Positions 1 to 11,700 of a stretch of DNA of 50,929 nt are shown in pieces. Source of the stretch: Girardia tigrina (Eukaryota); contig MQRK01252856.1 in NCBI GenBank assembly GCA_001938485.1, forward strand, positions 1 to 50,929, read 5' to 3'. A program made the translations under genes and the position numbers. Position 1 is the first letter of the stretch, and each line of letters begins with the position of its first letter. Below the pieces are notes generated by a model. That model was not told the origin of the DNA and ran no database searches. It saw nothing but the letters and a program-made list of their open reading frames with translations.

Positions 1-86
1 ACCGGCACCGGCCGGTTTTGCTACTTTTAAAAAATACCAGCACCGGTACCGGCCGGTTTTGAAAAAGTGAAACCGGTACATGCCTA
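1..86. mobile_element. End of a hAT-like/MITE DNA element with repeated ACCGGCCGGTTTT motifs
   Basis: GC-rich repeated accgg motifs ending in accggtacatgccta (reverse complement TAGGCATGTACCGG); truncated by the window edge. Confidence 0.4.
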
Positions 87-598
87 GATTTTATAATCAA
101 ATTTATCAGTATTTGAAGTCCCGAGAAACCTTTATATCTATCACGGAAAACTAAACTAGCTTTTTACAATTATGGTAATACTGGATAAATATAAAAGGAC
201 ATACCTACCAAGTATTCTTTAATAATAATTGATTATAACTAAATCTTCCTCAATGAGGAGAGTTTTTTATTGATTACAATTAACCTATTTAAACGGACTT
301 ATATCTTTTTGTTATTTGTGACATTAATCTTCCGTTTTTTAACCAGTTAGTGTTGAAGAAAAGATTTTGACTTATTTTCACGATTTTATTACTGACAATA
401 TTCCTATTTATATATATGCTTTTATTTATTTTTGTCGTTCATTGTTACAAAAAGAGCTTTTTACATTACCCCATTTTTATTGTTTACTGATTATTCTTTT
501 TTCTCCTTATTTCTTCTGTTCATACCTAAACTAAAACTTCTTTATTTTAACTACTAGCTTTAGATTTTTATTTTTACTTTTTAAAAATATTTATTGTA

Positions 599-656
599 GC
601 CAGTGGCCGCAGTTGCGTACGCCCGATTTCGTCCGATCTCCGAAGTTAAGTGCACG
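599..656 (+). pseudogene. 5' half of a 5S rRNA-like sequence (pseudogene or SINE3-like head)
   Basis: gccagtggcc...acgcccgatttcgtccgatctccgaagttaag resembles animal 5S rRNA nt ~1-60 (GCCTACGGCC...ACGCCCGATCTCGTCCGATCTCGGAAGTTAAG); followed by a T run. Confidence 0.6.
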
Positions 657-1067
657 TTTTTTTATTAAATCCTATATAATTTCAAGATTTTGAGAACTTG
701 AAACAAAAGCTCATTACAATACCAACAACTTGTACGAAGAAATCCAATATTAGTTCATGAAATTTAATGGCTTCAGTTTTAACTGTATCAAACCATGCTG
801 GGCTATTTATTTATACAAAATAACAACAATAATTTTCAATAGAAAAAAAAATTTTAAACAAAAATATTTAGGACATATATTAGGGTTTCCCAACGTTTTG
901 ATTAAGTATCATAGTAAAACAGAAATATTTTTCACAAATTAAAATTATTTACTTATTTATCCAATGAAATCTAGAGTAAATTTGAAAAATAAACGCAAAA
1001 TAATTATCCTTTTGGCAAAATTAATATTAGTTTTGTAGCTTATATAGAAAAGAAATTATTGTGAATT

Positions 1068-1090
1068 CCCTAACCCTAACCATAACCCTA
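1068..1090. repeat. Short interstitial (CCCTAA)n telomere-like repeat
   Basis: ccctaa ccctaa ccataa cccta. Confidence 0.6.
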
Positions 1091-1149
1091 TTGAAATGTA
1101 TTTAACAAAGAAGTAATGGGTTGAGAATTGAATATTAATGTTCGAATCA

Positions 1150-1979
1150 TTTAAACGCACCTCTTAGTTGAATTGAAATCAAATCAAAGATACATCTTCC
1201 CTTTTGATGTGAAGATGGCTCAATGTCCGGTTGTTTAGCTTGCGCCTCTACCTTCGTGTCGTCATTACGAGGAGTTACTCCCCCTTACACAGTGTAACTA
1301 AAAATCATTGACTGAATAGGTGTTATTCAGTGCCCTCTTTTCGGTGTTTCTCTTTGTGCTTGCGCGTTTTCTTTGGAGGTTCTACTTCATTGTTAGTATC
1401 CGAAACGGGAAGTTCTCGATTTGTGGTTGTTTTCTCTGGATGAATTTCTGATTCTGAAATTGGAGTCTCCATAAGGGGAGTCAGTGTGTTCTTTATAGAA
1501 GATGAGTTTCACTGTCTAAGAACTCAGATAGTTTGTCGGATAAGTTGAAGAAAGATTGGTCTACTTTCCATTTAAATAAATCAGTGATTTTGTCAAGTTT
1601 TTGTGTTAATGGCTTCGGTAATGATCATGGCAAAGGAGTTCTCATTGTCATTAAAGGTAAGTTCAGAAGCTGTTCCGACTATGTTTTCTGCAAGTGCGTG
1701 CAGTTGTGATAGGATTTGTGAGTCCTTGATGAAATCCTGTGAGTTGTACCTTTTTGTGAACATTTTTGACATTTGGTTGTATCGAAGAGTTAGTGTCTTG
1801 ATCTCTTCTGAAATATTGCCATTAGGTGTGGTTGATCTTGGTATTTGATTAGGGATTATGTCCTGATCAGCCCCATCTGACTGGTTAGGACGACCTGTGT
1901 CTGTAAATTTAGAGTTTCTGGACATTTTTACACCTTTTTCATAAAGCCTTACATATCCATTATTATCAATAATTTCCAA
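1150..1979 (-). mobile_element. Degenerate ORF, possibly a non-LTR retrotransposon ORF1 remnant
   Basis: 128 aa ORF continuing as a stop-riddled coding-like tract with a basic patch (PPKKTRKHKEKHRK). No KA1 similarity and no diagnostic motif. Confidence 0.3.
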
Positions 1980-2256
1980 AACGATTAAACAATATGAAGA
2001 TCATTTTCATCTACTTTCTTTTAAAAACTTATTTCGTTAGAAAAATGCGATCTTCATTTTTTATAAATTATTAATTATAATAATTTTACTATAAGCATAT
2101 ATAAATGTATTTATTAATTTGAACTATATTTAAAAGTTAAAATGTCATCAAATGAAATAGAGAATTTTTTTAATATAATTTTATCACGAATAATAATAAT
2201 AAAAAAACGAAAACTAGACAATATGAAACACTGAAATTTTTCATGTAGTATTTTAC

Positions 2257-2755
2257 CTCAATTTCCCACTGAATTACTGCCTCACCACTGTTTTCCCCAT
2301 ATGTACAAAAGAGGACAAAATTGGATTTTTGTTCGTAATCAATATGGAATGCTACTAACACCCGTTTAATTTCAGCTACCAGATCTTCTGGACTTTTCTT
2401 ACTTACAATTTCTGTACGGAAAGAAAATCGAAAGTCTCTTGGTTTAGTCTGTACTTTGTTGCCATGATTGGCTATAGAAGAACCACTACTTGTAAGACTT
2501 GTAGCACAACTGCTTATAAGATTTTCCATATCGAAATTTGTAGCTTTATTCGACTGTCCAAAACGTCCTGGTCGATCTGGAAAATATGGTGACGGTGATG
2601 GGGAAGCTTCAGCAGTAAAATTGGACCACTTTTCCTTAGTATCAATATAACGGTTTTGATTTGTGTGAGACCTTTGGATTGACCCTTGTCCCATTGACGC
2701 AGAATCCTGATTCGATGGGGATCGATTTATACTAGGAGAAGGATTTGACAACTTT
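2257..2755 (-). CDS. par-1: MARK/PAR-1 exon: end of spacer and most of the KA1 domain
   Basis: Boundaries tttag|AAAG and GAG|gtaaaa; 499 nt, phase 2 to 0. Encodes [30 protein letters not shown]...FVLFCTYG...VIQWEIE. Confidence 0.93.
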
Positions 2756-5700
2756 CTAAAATTCGAGAAAAAAGATTGTAGAATTTCTTAAAAATTTATT
2801 GCATTTAATAATATAAAACCAGAAAAAAGATTTTAATTACAAAGAAAATATGAATATCCATTTCATTCTATATGAAAAATATTCAAATCGTGCTTCAAAA
2901 GAACTATTGATTGGAAATAAGCGTAGAGAACATGCAAAAAGAATAATAAAAGAAACAATCACAACGACAGCAGGAAACAGTTGACTTACTCGTGAGTCGT
3001 GGCATGCCTCATCCACAAATTGGGTCTGCCATAAATTTATTCGTTAACCACAGAAGGAACAATCAATGATCATTATTGATAATAAATAATTCTTCTATTC
3101 GATCAATTTGTTTTTATTTATCGATTGATTTATTATTTTGCTTTTACGAATTTCGTGTATTTATTTTGAAAACTCAAAAAAGATTTTAGAAATAAATAAA
3201 ATATAATTACATTTTGAAAGAAATTCTTGTAAATATTTTGTTAGATTATATAAGACCGAATGGGCAAATTTACAGTAATAATAATTAAAGATTGAATCCT
3301 TTGAAGATTGATTGAGAAAAACAGTTGAGGAAGGTAAGCTATATGCTCGAGCTATCTTTCCAGGGTTTATATGTCTTTATACTTATTTATGTATTGAGGA
3401 TCAATGTATTTGATTCGTTCACAACAAATAAGGACGAAGAAGAATTATCACTAGTTAATTGTACCTGCAACTATGTCACTTACACATGACTTTGATATGA
3501 ATGAATCCGAAAGGATCTGAAATCAAAAACGGAATGAAAGAAGAAGACAACAGGAATGATCTTCGAAACTAATGTCTTCTGATCTTTCTATGAAGTCAGA
3601 TGAAAAAAACATTAATATAATCCTCACATAAACTTTATATAGGGTAAACCTTTCTTTGTTTTTATAAGTCATAACTACTTTTTTCAATTGATGAATTTCA
3701 TTCAGATTCTTAAATATTTTAAACATTCATTTAGTCTTTAGGAATTTTGACATATTAAACGGATTCATTTTCTAACACGCTAGTGTATTATAATGTATGA
3801 TCAATTAATGATCAGTCACGCACCTGCGTGAAATAAAGTTTGCGCTCATAAGTGATCATCTTATTAATCAGTATTGGGTGTAATCAAATTTTCAGAGACA
3901 TTTTACTTTAAAAACCAGATTATGCTTTTTTTTACAAAAAAGACATTGCACGTATTAATACCAAAGAATTCTGAAGACTACTATAAAAGTACGGCAAAAA
4001 TTTACTGATGAGAAATGTTTACATAGTAAATGCGTTAGATATGAAAGAATAACATAATTAGTGAGTCCAACTTCAAGTTTTAAAATGATTTTAGCTACAA
4101 TATGAAGAGAATGTATTTTATTGGCATGTAAATATTACTGATAAATTATCATCAATAATAAATTTTAAAAAGAATGATAATATTGTATATGTATTATTGA
4201 TTAAAAATTTAATTGAAGCGTTTTTGAAATAGGACATTTTTAATGTTTTCTTACACCAATACCCCAAATTAAAAATTAATTGAAATAAAATATTAAAAAT
4301 GATAATGTCAAATTAATGTAATAAATTTAAATAATCACAATTTATCCTGCACAAACACGGACGCAGGACTGTTTTAGTATAGGTATGTCGAGAAAGTTTG
4401 ACCGAAGGTTTTCTATAGGTATCTAGTGATTGATAAATGTCTATGATATTTACAGTATAGATTGCATATGTGAATGATTTTGTAAAATATAATTCAAAAA
4501 TAATCATTTTTTTCTGTTGCCTACCGGATTTTTTTGGAGATATGTTAATTTTATTGAAGTTTTAGACGTAACAAAGGTAATCCAGCATGAAAAAATTTTA
4601 AAAAGACTTAGAAATATTTATTATGTAAGAGTTACAAAATGAGTTTTTTGAGTCACAAACAAGAGTTTTCAATGAATATTGCAGTATTATTATATTTTAC
4701 TGATTAGAATTGGTTTTTATCACTCATCTACATCAAAATGAAGCTTAGTGTGGTAAATTCGGAAACAATTTGGTAAGCATAATGGCACATTACAGTCAAG
4801 GCACATAAAATAATTTCGTTGTCGAATTTGTTTCGCACTACAAACAATACAATTTCTTCTACTTCGTTTTATACAGTTTTGGATCTTATGGAACATTGTC
4901 TGGAAAGTGACGAGCAACTAATCTCAAAGGTGTAGGAGCATTAGAAGGTCTTCCAACTCTATTTCTCTCTGAAGGACCATATATCTGAAGTATTTTATAC
5001 CACTTCAAAGTTTTCCTAATTGAAGCAGAGAATGATATCTGCATGTCAGTTTCATCAACATCTCCCATTTTTTTGCGAATATTCCATGATTAGAGCGGGG
5101 CTTCATAATTTATTTTCTTTTTATTCTATCAATTTTTCCACTGTTCAAGAAATTCGTATTATTTACAGTCGATAACATGTAGACATCTCATTTGTCTTTC
5201 CATTTCATTGCTAGAAGAGCTGAAGACGAAAACCAGTGAACATCTCCTTTTCGTGATTTTCCAGTGAATTTTGGCAATACTTTACGATTTTTTCCCACTG
5301 TTCCACATGCTCCAGTTTTGTTCTGATGCAATAAATTGAATAGAGTTGGACTAGAGCGCGAGAGAGCTGGACTAGAAAAGTAATAATAATATATAGAAAA
5401 ACACTGCATTAAAAAATTCCTTTTCGTTCAAAAGTTATAAGCCGTAAACCCATATACGGGTCTCCGGTAGTCAACGGGTTAAAGGAAAACTAATTTCAAA
5501 ATATCAGTTAACAAATTGTTTCGAAAATAAATATTATTTTGCAATATTGTTTGAAAGTTTTATTTTCATTGCGTTAAAATGAATTTGAGTCAACGTGATA
5601 TTCGAATGATGATATATAACTGCTGGAAACGTAATTTGAAGCCCCCCGCTATATGTAAAGAGATGAATGCAGCGCTTGGAAGTGGTACTGTTAGTGAGAG

Positions 5701-8700
5701 CACTTGCCGTCGATGGGTAACACAGTTGAACAACAGTGATTTTAATGTGGAAGATCTACAGCGCTCTGGAAGGTTGTCAATGAACAATGATGATGCTATA
5801 TTGCAACAGCTGAATTTGGACAAATACAGCACATGTCGTTCCATAGCACTTGAGTTGGCAATTTCCCATGAGACAGCTCGAAATCATCTCATTCAGATGG
5901 AGAAAAGGTACCTGTGTAAATGATGTATCCAATATCTACTGTCCCCCAGAAAAAATGGCTAATAGAGAAAGAATATGTAACGAGCTGTTAGCAAAGCAAT
6001 CGGCTTTTGATTTTCTTGGACAACTGGTAACCATGGATGAATCATGGATATATTGGGACAATGGAGGCTCACAACATCATCGTTCTTGGCGAGTAAAAGG
6101 AGACAATCCTCCAGAATACTTTAGAATAAAGTACCTTAATGACCTGTTTATGATTTTTAATATTATAAACTACGGATCTGTGAATCTCTAGTGATAAGAA
6201 ACTTCAACTAGTCATTAATTAATTTTGATAATAGGTAAAATGTTTGTAAACTTAAAATTTTTAATAAAATACAAATTATCGTCATTAAGCACTATTATTT
6301 TAATTATTATATTAATTAATATGTATAAATAATAATAATAATATTAGCTAAAGGTAACACAAGATATATCATATTTCTCTTTTTAAATCAATATTTCAAC
6401 CAGGATTTCCTTTCAGAGTACTTTTTTTCATTTGTTAAATTAAAATATCTATAGTTTTAGATAAAAGCAAAAATATACCAACTTGTAATAGTCTAAAAAA
6501 TTTGAATTAATGATTAATTTATTTCTTTTAGTCGGAATAATTCAGGAAAATGAGAAGTGTTCATTAAAAAGTAATGAAGACATTATTTTTCAAGCGTATA
6601 CAATCAGGATTTTCCAGTGATAATAAGGAAGAGAATTAGAAGAAGAATCATCATTGTGAGGAATATTTTTGAATGGAGCTTATTGTATGTTGTTTTAGGA
6701 TTTTGTTTTTCCAACCCAGATGGAAGATTGATATTTTAAATGTTTGAAAACGTCGGATTATTTATTCAATTTTAAAATTTAAATAACTAACTTTAAAATT
6801 AAATTAATATCATAAATAATATATTTAAAATATTTTTTAAAATTATTTTTTAATTTAAATTAGAAATTATTTTGAATTGTAAATAGATTGTAATTTAAAT
6901 TTGTTTGAATAATAAGACTTTTATAAACAGAGGTAAAAATTTATCAATCTAGAACGATGACTAGTTACAAATGTATTGAAAATCCAATTAGTGTTCGTAA
7001 TAATCATACTTCAAATATCTTTGAAAATTATTTTTTATATTGAAGCTATTACTATAAAGAACAGATTTGATGTAATATTATATTCGAAAAATAAAAGTTT
7101 TATCGTAAATTGATACTTGCAAATCAAATTATTTAGTAAAATACATTACTAGTATTTATTAATATTTATTTTTATAATTTTTTAAAGAAATAATTTCTGT
7201 TTGTTGAGAATATCAATTTCTTTTCATTATCTCAGACAAAAGGATTAATTCGAATAATACGGATTAAAATTTAATTCTTTCTGAAATATTATTTTAGCAA
7301 GATTATTATTTACTGATAACTTCATATATTTTAGTTTGATAAACAAATGAACTTTTTTTGTTTTCAACTCTGTAACCTGAATTTAGACTCACTAAATGAC
7401 AGCAAATTTGGATAGCAATAACGAATGATGAAATGTTTAATTTAACTTTGAAGATTTAAAAAATAAATAAATAAAATCAGGAATAATTATTTTGAAAAAA
7501 ATTTAATGCTTCTAAATAAACCTTTAAATTTCAAAAAAAAAAACATTGATTCTTTAAAATAAAAAAATAAAATATTGTTTACTTTTTATTTCTCTTTCTT
7601 TTAACAAATTAACAATTTTTTCTCCAGTTTATACAATAGAAAACAGAGTTTCCTTTAAAAAATTATGTTGAAAAATAACTATTATTCACAATGAAATTAA
7701 TTCAAAAGGAAAGGTTTGTTGAATAATTTTCGCATTGTATTGCAATCTCGAAGAAGAAGGGTTCTTGAAAGGTTTATTTGATATAGAAGACGATTTAGAA
7801 TTTAAATCACAAAATCACGGTATACAGAAGCGATTTTTTTGCAACAAGTTCTGTTTACATCTTCACAAAACCAAGTGAAAGTAGAATAAAAGCAGACAAA
7901 ACGCATCAGACACACAAAACTTCAGTTATTTATTTACATAGAAATATCTCTTCAAAATCGAAATGATAAAAGTTAACGTTCTCATTCAATAAAAGCAAAG
8001 CAACTTACGTGTTACCAACAGTACACAAATACTAAATAAATAAAAACGTAACACAATAAAAAAATAATCAAACTATAGCAAATTGATCGATATTTTATAA
8101 TTAATTGAAAAAGAAAACTAATAATTCATTTGAAATTAATTTTGTTCCGATTTCATTTGAGCATGCTCAATCAAGCAATTAATTTCTTTTGAATGAATGA
8201 AATTGAAAGAAAATATGATAAAATGGCGATCTTAAATGCGATATCCGTCATGTTAGTTATGATAATTTGACAAAAAGATGATTTGTTCGATTTGAGTCAT
8301 TAATGCTGGTAATGATAATAATAATAATGACAATAATAAAATGCCACAACGCGCATGCATCTCACAGAGCAAAGACAACAAAACTATCACAATATCCATC
8401 ATTATATTCCATCAATTCCTAACCTGATATCAACGTCATCTACTTGAGATGTCTGTCTGCAAAATTCAGTAAATTTGAATTAAAGATTATTTTCATACTT
8501 TCATCAAATATTTAACTTAAGAATATTGAATTAATATTTTATTTAATTTTCTTTTCAATAAATATTAAATTTGCATTGAGAAAATATAATCAGATAAAAA
8601 ACAAAACTTGAATAAAATTGACAAAAATTATCAAATCTACATAGAAAATGTTTTGGCAGCCTTGATAAAATAAATAAATTATTACATTATAATGGGTACT

Positions 8701-11700
8701 CAAAATCAGTATTGGAAAAACTAACGAAATAATCTGTTGATAAATTAATTTACGAATTTAGTAATAAGCATACGATGTTTAGGATCAAGATTAAACTTCT
8801 AACACTGATAATATTACTTTATAAATCGGATACGTTCTAACCGCTTCCTATTCAGTAGGATTTCAAAATTTAAAAATTCCATCCTTTGAGCATTAGAGAT
8901 TATGTTATTAATTTAAAAAACAATCTTCCGTATGTACACAGTGTTGTGTTTGGATCTCGCTTACCAATATAAATGTGGGCATCCCATCTCTTTTGAATGG
9001 TATTGAGCCACGAGGCTCTTTAGAGGGTCCACCCAAACTAAAGAGTGCTAGCTGCCCCCCGATAGGCCTCCTATGGTGACGGAGTGCTTCAGTCTCCGAA
9101 ATTTCTTGGGCTTCCCTGTTGCAAACGACCAATCATGGACAGTGGTGCCCTAATTCAGCATCCTTCTGGCTGTATTTGTGGACTTGGTACAGCCGTGAAC
9201 TTTGAACTTTCCTCTCGTATTTGGATCTGCGATCCTAAAAGACAAATCTTTGGGATGAGTTGTTTGCTCCACCACCAATGAAATAGTCGGGGTGACTGTT
9301 GCTGACTGAAAGTCGGTCATTTGGATGAGTGTGGGTTCTTTGTCTATGTCTGAATTGTCACTTCTTCTGTTGTATTGCGCTGATGATTCTGTCGAATGTT
9401 CATTGATATTCTCCTTCATCTATATTCGATGATCTTTACGCAGATGCCTCGTAAACCATCCTTTCATTTTGTAACCTTTGCTGCATTTGGTACACTTAAA
9501 CGATTTTTCATCTTGTGGAAGCTTTAGCGGAATGCTTACTGTGGATTCCGTGTGATCCGGGGATAGAGATGTCTATTCAGCTCCTTTTGTTCGGCAAACT
9601 CCTTAAAGCAACCTTCTATCGTACATTGAAGGAGTTTATCTCTCTCATTGAGTAATTTCGGCAGATCGGTTCTTGTTCTGTTCTGCTTTCCTTCTCTTAT
9701 TAATGAGTTGATGTATTGCCTCTTTCTATAGTGGGGTTTCTGTGGACAATGTGGTGAATGAAGTCTTCATACGTTGCACTATCCCCGAAGAGACACTGTA
9801 TATCCACTGCGAAGCATTCGGAGAGAGCTTGCTTCTTTCTCTCACTGATCTTCTTTCCCATTGATATTGTTGCTTTCCACACACCTCACAATGTTTGGTA
9901 TATCAGAGGCGTCCAACCTGCTATGATAGGCAAGTCTTCTGCTTGCAATGATATCCATGGGGAGTGGGAGTCCAATTTCGATAGTATCCATCTGTATCCT
10001 CTCAGTCTTCTGCACTTTCATGATTGTGCGAGTGCACAAATTGTGAAAGGTAGCCAGCTTCTTGATTGTTTTGCTACCTGTTCGCCAACTCTCACAATTG
10101 TGAGTATACTACGGGAAGTATGCAAGTATTTACTAATATAAATGTAAATAGTTTAACACTACATGCATCTAAGAGGCATTAGGTAATCTCTGTTAGAGAA
10201 TCCAGATAACCGATTTATAATAAAGAGTTTTATTTTGACTAGAGTTTTTTTATTTATGTTCTAGATTTTTGATTTTTTTTCTATTTTCGAACCAGTATTT
10301 CCTAAATTTTATTTTTTTAATATTTATATATAATTAATACTTTTACATAAATATAGATGTGGTAATATTAAAATTAATATAATTTATTTTAATATTAAAA
10401 TAAATAAATACTTGAATATATTTTTATTAATTTTTAAAATCACAATTATTAAATAATAATGTTAAAGTAAAGATAATTTTTTATTACCCGTATATAATTA
10501 TCGTATAATTATTAAATGAAAAAATATTAAAATAAATAATATAAACTAAAATAAAAGTATTTAAAAAAATGAATAAATGTATTTAAATCCTGTAATTATA
10601 ATTTAGTGTATACTCGTTTTTATTGGATTACAAATGGGATGGCATATTTTAACTTATCAATGTATAAGGTTTTAACAAATTCTATAGCATTATTCTCTTT
10701 TTCTTCGTTCTAATCATCAGAATATTGATGTTTATTTTTTTTATTAAATACGCTTCATCGGTTATACTACCAAACAAATCTTCTCACTGAAGTTTAAATT
10801 TTATGTAAATTAGTTGAAGTATATAATTCGATTTCATAAAAATTAAATTATAACGTTTTTAAAATGATTAAAAGAATCACTTTGAATATTTAAATGTGAT
10901 TTAACACCAGAACTATCAACCGGTCAAAATGAAAGGTTGTATAAATTGTTCGCAAGATTTCTTTTTAAATTTCATTTAATATTTTATGATAATATTATGA
11001 CTTGTTCTAATTTTATGCATTTAATAATATTCTTAATTATTTTCATTCCCCAAATATAAAACCGGTCAAAGTAATTCTGGAATTTTTTAATAATTATCAA
11101 ATTTATCCAACAGAATATCAGAATCAGTATCATGGTTTTCACTAAAATTGAAACTTCCTGCCATTCTCTAAGATTGTTAACAACTGAGCTATTCCTACTC
11201 AGTTGAGTATCTAGGATGCAGAATAAATTTCACAATGGAAATTAAAATTTTTGTACATTTTGAATTTTTTTATATAATTTTATTAACTAAACAATTTCTT
11301 ATTACATTCTATAAGAGAAAAATCAGTCGAAAAAATTCATTCGAAACCAAAATAAAATACGAAAATCAACATATAAATCTCATACCTAAATCGAAAATCT
11401 CGAAATTAAATCAATATACAAAACAGAAGTCGAAACAAAAATTCTCATTTTCAAGTGAAAACCTTCTCAGCAACTTTATTTAGTTCCCATTTGTTCTGAC
11501 TATAACGCTTAAACCGTCGAAATTAATTACCTAATAAATCAAATTAAATTGACTGTGATTTGTTATTGCATACGAAACTAACAGGAATTTGTAAAACTTT
11601 GATCTTTAATCATATCCTAGCACGTAATGATAGTCAGATTTACTGTTAAATATTGTTGACAAAGTAAATTTTAATCGCGTTATGTACAAATACCAATGTT

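Noticed and set aside
1593-1979. ORF as the terminal KA1 exon of par-1
   Set aside because: It lacks the expected VCKLPRL..NGVRFKRI.G motif. No such exon was found in 1-2256, so it probably lies outside the window.
2170-2256. Hydrophobic C-terminal tail of ORF 2170-2751 as a transmembrane anchor
   Set aside because: This is read-through into a T-rich intron past the GAG|gtaaaa donor.
4005-4060. CTGATGA as a hammerhead core
   Set aside because: No stem II leading to GAAA and no stem I/III pairing.
6479-6492. 14 nt AG/GT-bounded segment (ACTATTACAAGTTG)
   Set aside because: It ends in TG and all downstream exons start with A, giving TGA; no supporting motifs.
11531-11577. AG/GT-bounded 47 nt exon candidate
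   Set aside because: Stop codons in all three frames.
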